Shown one piece after another: positions 25,217 to 27,774 of a stretch of DNA of 27,774 nt. The position numbers were made by a program, and so were the translations under genes. A model generated the notes under the pieces. That model had not been told where the DNA came from, ran no database searches, and saw only the letters and a program-made list of their open reading frames with translations. Positions within the stretch are counted from its first letter, which is position 1, and the number at the start of each line of letters is the position of its first letter. Source of the DNA: Erysipelotrichaceae bacterium (GTDB lineage Bacteria; Bacillota_I; Bacilli_A; Erysipelotrichales; Erysipelotrichaceae); the NCBI GenBank assembly GCA_963586925.1, contig CAVAAT010000026.1, positions 1 to 27,774 of the forward strand, read 5' to 3'.

Positions 25217-26725
25217 CTATGTTGCTCCAGCATATGGCCATCTTGGAAATAAACCAATCCTGCTATGAGAATCTATCCATTTTTTTGCCTCTTCACCACA
25301 TTTATCATATATGAATATCCTTTGCATGCATTCAGCAATAGTCTCAAAAACACAATTTCCTTGGTTTTCATCATTTAAAACAGCATCTTTTGAAAGTGGA
25401 CAATTTGATTGTAAACAATGAACATACTCATGAACTAAAACTGATTTTGTTAGATCTACAAACATTTCTAATTCATTAAACGAGCCTTTAGTTTTTTTAG
25501 CTGTATCACTAACTTCTTCAACTATATTATCTAAACATATATAAATATGATCTTGGTGAATACATGTGCAGTCACGAGTATTTGAAACATATACCCCTAA
25601 TAATGAATTTCCATTTATCTTTAGTGATTTGATGTTATCTAACACTCCCCTAACTCTTTTTAAAATTTTATAGTCTATTTTCTTAAATGTGCCACTAATT
25701 AATGGATCCTTTAGTTTCCAATATGCTTCAAGATTGTTTCCAGCAACTAGCCTACTTAAACATTGCTCTAAATCGTCATACAAAACTTTATATGCATTAT
25801 TCATCTTATTAGTCTCACTTATACTGTCAGAAATATCATTTATCTCATTAACAATCGCCTCTATTAGATTCAATTTGTAGTCATCAAAGTTACGATTATA
25901 CTTTTTCATTTTTCGCTTGGTTATTAATTTTACATCTAAGTTAATAAAACCAAAATCTCCAAAATAATCTTTATTTATGAGATCGCTAATTGGGGAAACT
26001 GACTCTATAATATCTTCATAAAAATCAAAATCAGGAAAAAACATGTCCCCATAACACTTCCCCTTCCCAAAAGGGAATACGGGCCTTCCTATATATGAAC
26101 AAAATATAAGTTGCAAACAGTCAGCATCATAAATATTCGCTCCTCGTTTTTGTTCAGCATAAAATCTTAGCTCTATCATTAATTTTGTATTACTCTTAAC
26201 ATTTTCAGGAAAATCAATCTTATCAAATTCTAGTTTACTACAACCATAAAACGCTTTTGGTGATATTTTAATATTTTTATTTGCTTCAGAAAAATCAATT
26301 TTGGTTAGTTCATCACAATAACAAAAAGCATAGTCTTCTATTTTTTTGATATTGCGCGCTACTTTAAACGAATCAACAGTTTTTTCACTTTCCAGGTCGT
26401 ATACTTTATCAACCCAATATAAACTAGGTATCACACTCATTGTTGAGTTAATATTGTTACATTTTATATATTCTTTCAAATCCGAAACTGTGAGATGTGT
26501 TGAAAACCAACGCAAATAGTCAGGGTATTTTTCATAAACTGATTTAAGCATTTCTTCTTGAAATACTTTAATTTTAAATGTCCTGCCACACTTTTCCTTT
26601 ATGTATGAAAGTAGCTCATCAGTAATACAGCTATCATATAGTGCATTAAATACATTTTTACTTGGTTTATTATAAGTATATGAGTCATTTTCTTGTTCTA
26701 AAATTTTTCTGATTATCTCATCCAT
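25217..26725 (-). CDS. BspA-type LRR plus HExxH zinc-metallopeptidase-like protein (intact paralog of the 5030-8412 pseudogene)
   Basis: 502 aa. The LRR_5-like units are KIEDYAFCYCDELTKIDFSE ... ISPKAFYGCSKLEFDKIDFPENV. HEYVH is at aa 432-436, verified at nt 25418-25432. The C-terminal FPRWPYAG motif is conserved. A strong GAGGGAG SD precedes it. Confidence 0.7.
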   Translation of the reverse strand: MDEIIRKILEQENDSYTYNKPSKNVFNALYDSCITDELLSYIKEKCGRTFKIKVFQEEMLKSVYEKYPDYLRWFSTHLTVSDLKEYIKCNNINSTMSVIPSLYWVDKVYDLESEKTVDSFKVARNIKKIEDYAFCYCDELTKIDFSEANKNIKISPKAFYGCSKLEFDKIDFPENVKSNTKLMIELRFYAEQKRGANIYDADCLQLIFCSYIGRPVFPFGKGKCYGDMFFPDFDFYEDIIESVSPISDLINKDYFGDFGFINLDVKLITKRKMKKYNRNFDDYKLNLIEAIVNEINDISDSISETNKMNNAYKVLYDDLEQCLSRLVAGNNLEAYWKLKDPLISGTFKKIDYKILKRVRGVLDNIKSLKINGNSLLGVYVSNTRDCTCIHQDHIYICLDNIVEEVSDTAKKTKGSFNELEMFVDLTKSVLVHEYVHCLQSNCPLSKDAVLNDENQGNCVFETIAECMQRIFIYDKCGEEAKKWIDSHSRIGLFPRWPYAGAT

Positions 26726-27019
26726 ACTATTCTCCCTCTAATAATTATTGTCGAGTTTATCAAGTGTAAATATCTATTATGTTTCGCTAAATAGTCAAAT
26801 CACAACGATAAATGTTTCTCACATCATATGTAAACACTAAATCTCTCCAACTTATTGAACTTCCATTTCAAATATGCTTTGCCATAATAAGCCCTCGCTC
26901 TAATAATTTTTCTCAAGTCAACGCAAGATACCTTATATATCTTCTAGGAATTGTCCATGATTTAGCATTTTATATCATTACATCATTTAATTAGTTAGAT
27001 CAATTTCCTAGATCATTGT

Positions 27020-27045
27020 GGTGCATTAAGTATACTTTTATCACC
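27020..27045. repeat. 26-bp quasi-palindromic site A (GGTGCATTAAGTATACTTTTATCACC); candidate serine-recombinase binding or crossover site
   Basis: It has internal dyad symmetry: outer GGTG/CACC arms plus a perfect AAGTATACTT core, with 18/26 positions self-complementary. It is 21/26 identical to site B, which lies 126 bp away in direct orientation. Confidence 0.45.
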
Positions 27046-27145
27046 ATCCCTGTGCTGCATATATTTTAGCATACTTTTCCAATTAAAATGGCTTTATTTT
27101 AGAAATATGGAACATTTTACATAAATATGTCTTAGCTTTATTGCT

Positions 27146-27171
27146 GGTGCTCTAGGTATACTTTAGTCACC
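27146..27171. repeat. 26-bp site B (GGTGCTCTAGGTATACTTTAGTCACC), overlapping the recombinase stop codon
   Basis: It is a direct repeat of site A, and similarity extends about 36 bp including flanks. It spans the last codons and the stop of the recombinase gene (stop at 27163-27165). A weaker third copy lies around 27064-27085 (TTTAGCATACTTTTCC). Confidence 0.45.
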
Positions 27172-27774
27172 ATTTTCTTTTGATTCATCATCTTCTTTAA
27201 TCCATCTTAAAAAAGTCTTGTGAGATACATTTAGCTGTTTAGCAGCAACTCTACAGGATATTTCTTTGCAGATGTATTGTTGTTTTACTTGTTTAAAGTA
27301 TGTAGGCTTCTCTTTTGCTTTCCTACCAAACTTTACTCCTTTTTGTTTAGCGATAGCTATGCCTTGTCTTTGTCTTTCTCTTATCTGTTCTCTTTCTGTT
27401 TGAGCTACATAAGATAATAGTTGTAGTACGATATCTGCAATAAGGGTACCAGCAAGATCTTTGCTATTTCTTGTATCTAATAGAGGCATATCTAAAACAA
27501 TGATGTTAGCTTTCTTCTTTTTAGTGATGATAGACCACTGTTCTAATATCTGAGAGTAATTTCTTCCTAATCTATCAATAGATAATATGTATAGTTCATC
27601 ATCTTTCTTTAATCTCTTTAGTAATTTCTTATAGTTTGTCCTTTCAAAGTCTTTGCCTGATAACTTATCAGAATAGATATTTTTTTCATCTACACCATTT
27701 TCTAACAGCAATCTTATTTGTCTATCTTGATTTTGATCAATGGAACTTACTCTAACATATCCATATTTATTCAT
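27163..27774 (-). CDS. Small serine recombinase (resolvase/invertase family)
   Basis: 203 aa. The catalytic N-terminus is YGYVRVSSIDQNQDRQ. Conserved SIDRLGRN and E-helix motifs are present. The C-terminal HTH is ISCRVAAKQLNVSHKTFLRWIK. The start codon is the last three bases of the window, so its upstream region is not visible. Confidence 0.9.
   Translation of the reverse strand: MNKYGYVRVSSIDQNQDRQIRLLLENGVDEKNIYSDKLSGKDFERTNYKKLLKRLKKDDELYILSIDRLGRNYSQILEQWSIITKKKKANIIVLDMPLLDTRNSKDLAGTLIADIVLQLLSYVAQTEREQIRERQRQGIAIAKQKGVKFGRKAKEKPTYFKQVKQQYICKEISCRVAAKQLNVSHKTFLRWIKEDDESKENGD

Noticed and set aside
25214-25219. TAG-TAG as evidence for a reassigned TAG codon (alternative genetic code)
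   Set aside because: TAG ends the ABC permease (218-220, followed by a terminator hairpin) and the tubulin-like gene (19191-19193, followed by the next gene's start) at sensible positions. A genome-wide reassignment is therefore unlikely. Local read-through or recent truncation is the more conservative reading.
2810-26994. Short ORFs from the six-frame track (2810-2995, 10781-10984, 12579-12773, 13614-13874, 17856-18080, 17996-18181, 18907-19326, 21967-22149, 22663-23019, 23360-23623, 24677-24865, 24728-24919, 25689-25880, 26812-26994)
   Set aside because: All but 26812-26994 lie inside or antisense to long, well-supported minus-strand genes. Their products are low-complexity, Leu/Ile/Phe/Ser-rich translations typical of AT-rich antisense frames, and they lack Shine-Dalgarno sites. 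26812-26994 is intergenic but also has no SD and no recognisable motif.
1-27774. CRISPR arrays, tRNA or rRNA genes, riboswitch-like leaders
   Set aside because: No regularly spaced direct repeats and no cloverleaf-compatible or rRNA-like stretches were seen in the few intergenic regions (89-217, 4905-5029, 8413-8491, 12025-12142, 25044-25216, 26726-27162).

Overview
This is an AT-rich window that looks like a low-GC Bacillota genome. GGAGG-type Shine-Dalgarno sites precede almost every gene, and TAA, TAG and TGA are all used as stops. Nearly everything is coded on the minus strand. All domain calls below come from motifs read by eye in the translations; no database search was possible.

Gene content, left to right:
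- 1-88: the 5' end of an AAA-ATPase-like/PD-(D/E)XK-type gene that runs off the window.
- 218-4904: an ordinary TetR-regulated MacB/FtsX-type ABC exporter operon (TetR, ATPase, 1118-aa permease with a long coiled-coil ectodomain).
- 5030-8412: a decayed gene for a BspA-type LRR plus HExxH metallopeptidase-like protein. It carries a frameshift and is split by a roughly 2-kb IS4-superfamily (IS1634-like) insertion sequence.
- 8492-25043: a tightly packed 16.5-kb, eight-gene operon.
- 25217-26725: an intact paralog of the decayed LRR/HExxH gene.
- 27163-27774: a small serine recombinase (resolvase/invertase type), with two quasi-palindromic 26-bp repeats at its 3' end.

The eight-gene operon is the stand-out feature. 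In transcription order it encodes:
1. A lipoprotein-anchored, single-pass vWA (MIDAS DxSxS) protein.
2. A 1197-aa tubulin/FtsZ-like GTPase (T1 GVGGIGG, T3 GAG, T4 GGTGSG).
3. A 683-aa orphan membrane protein.
4. An 1159-aa orphan membrane protein, translationally coupled to the 683-aa gene.
5. A zinc-ribbon protein with what looks like a catalytically dead DA1-like peptidase module.
6. A small lipoprotein.
7. A Rossmann-like plus RyR-domain protein.
8. A tandem-TIR plus SEL1/TPR protein.

I do not recognise this gene combination as any named defence or conflict system. Its mobile-element context and its TIR terminal gene make it the best candidate for an undescribed system in this window. No rRNA, tRNA or CRISPR array was seen.
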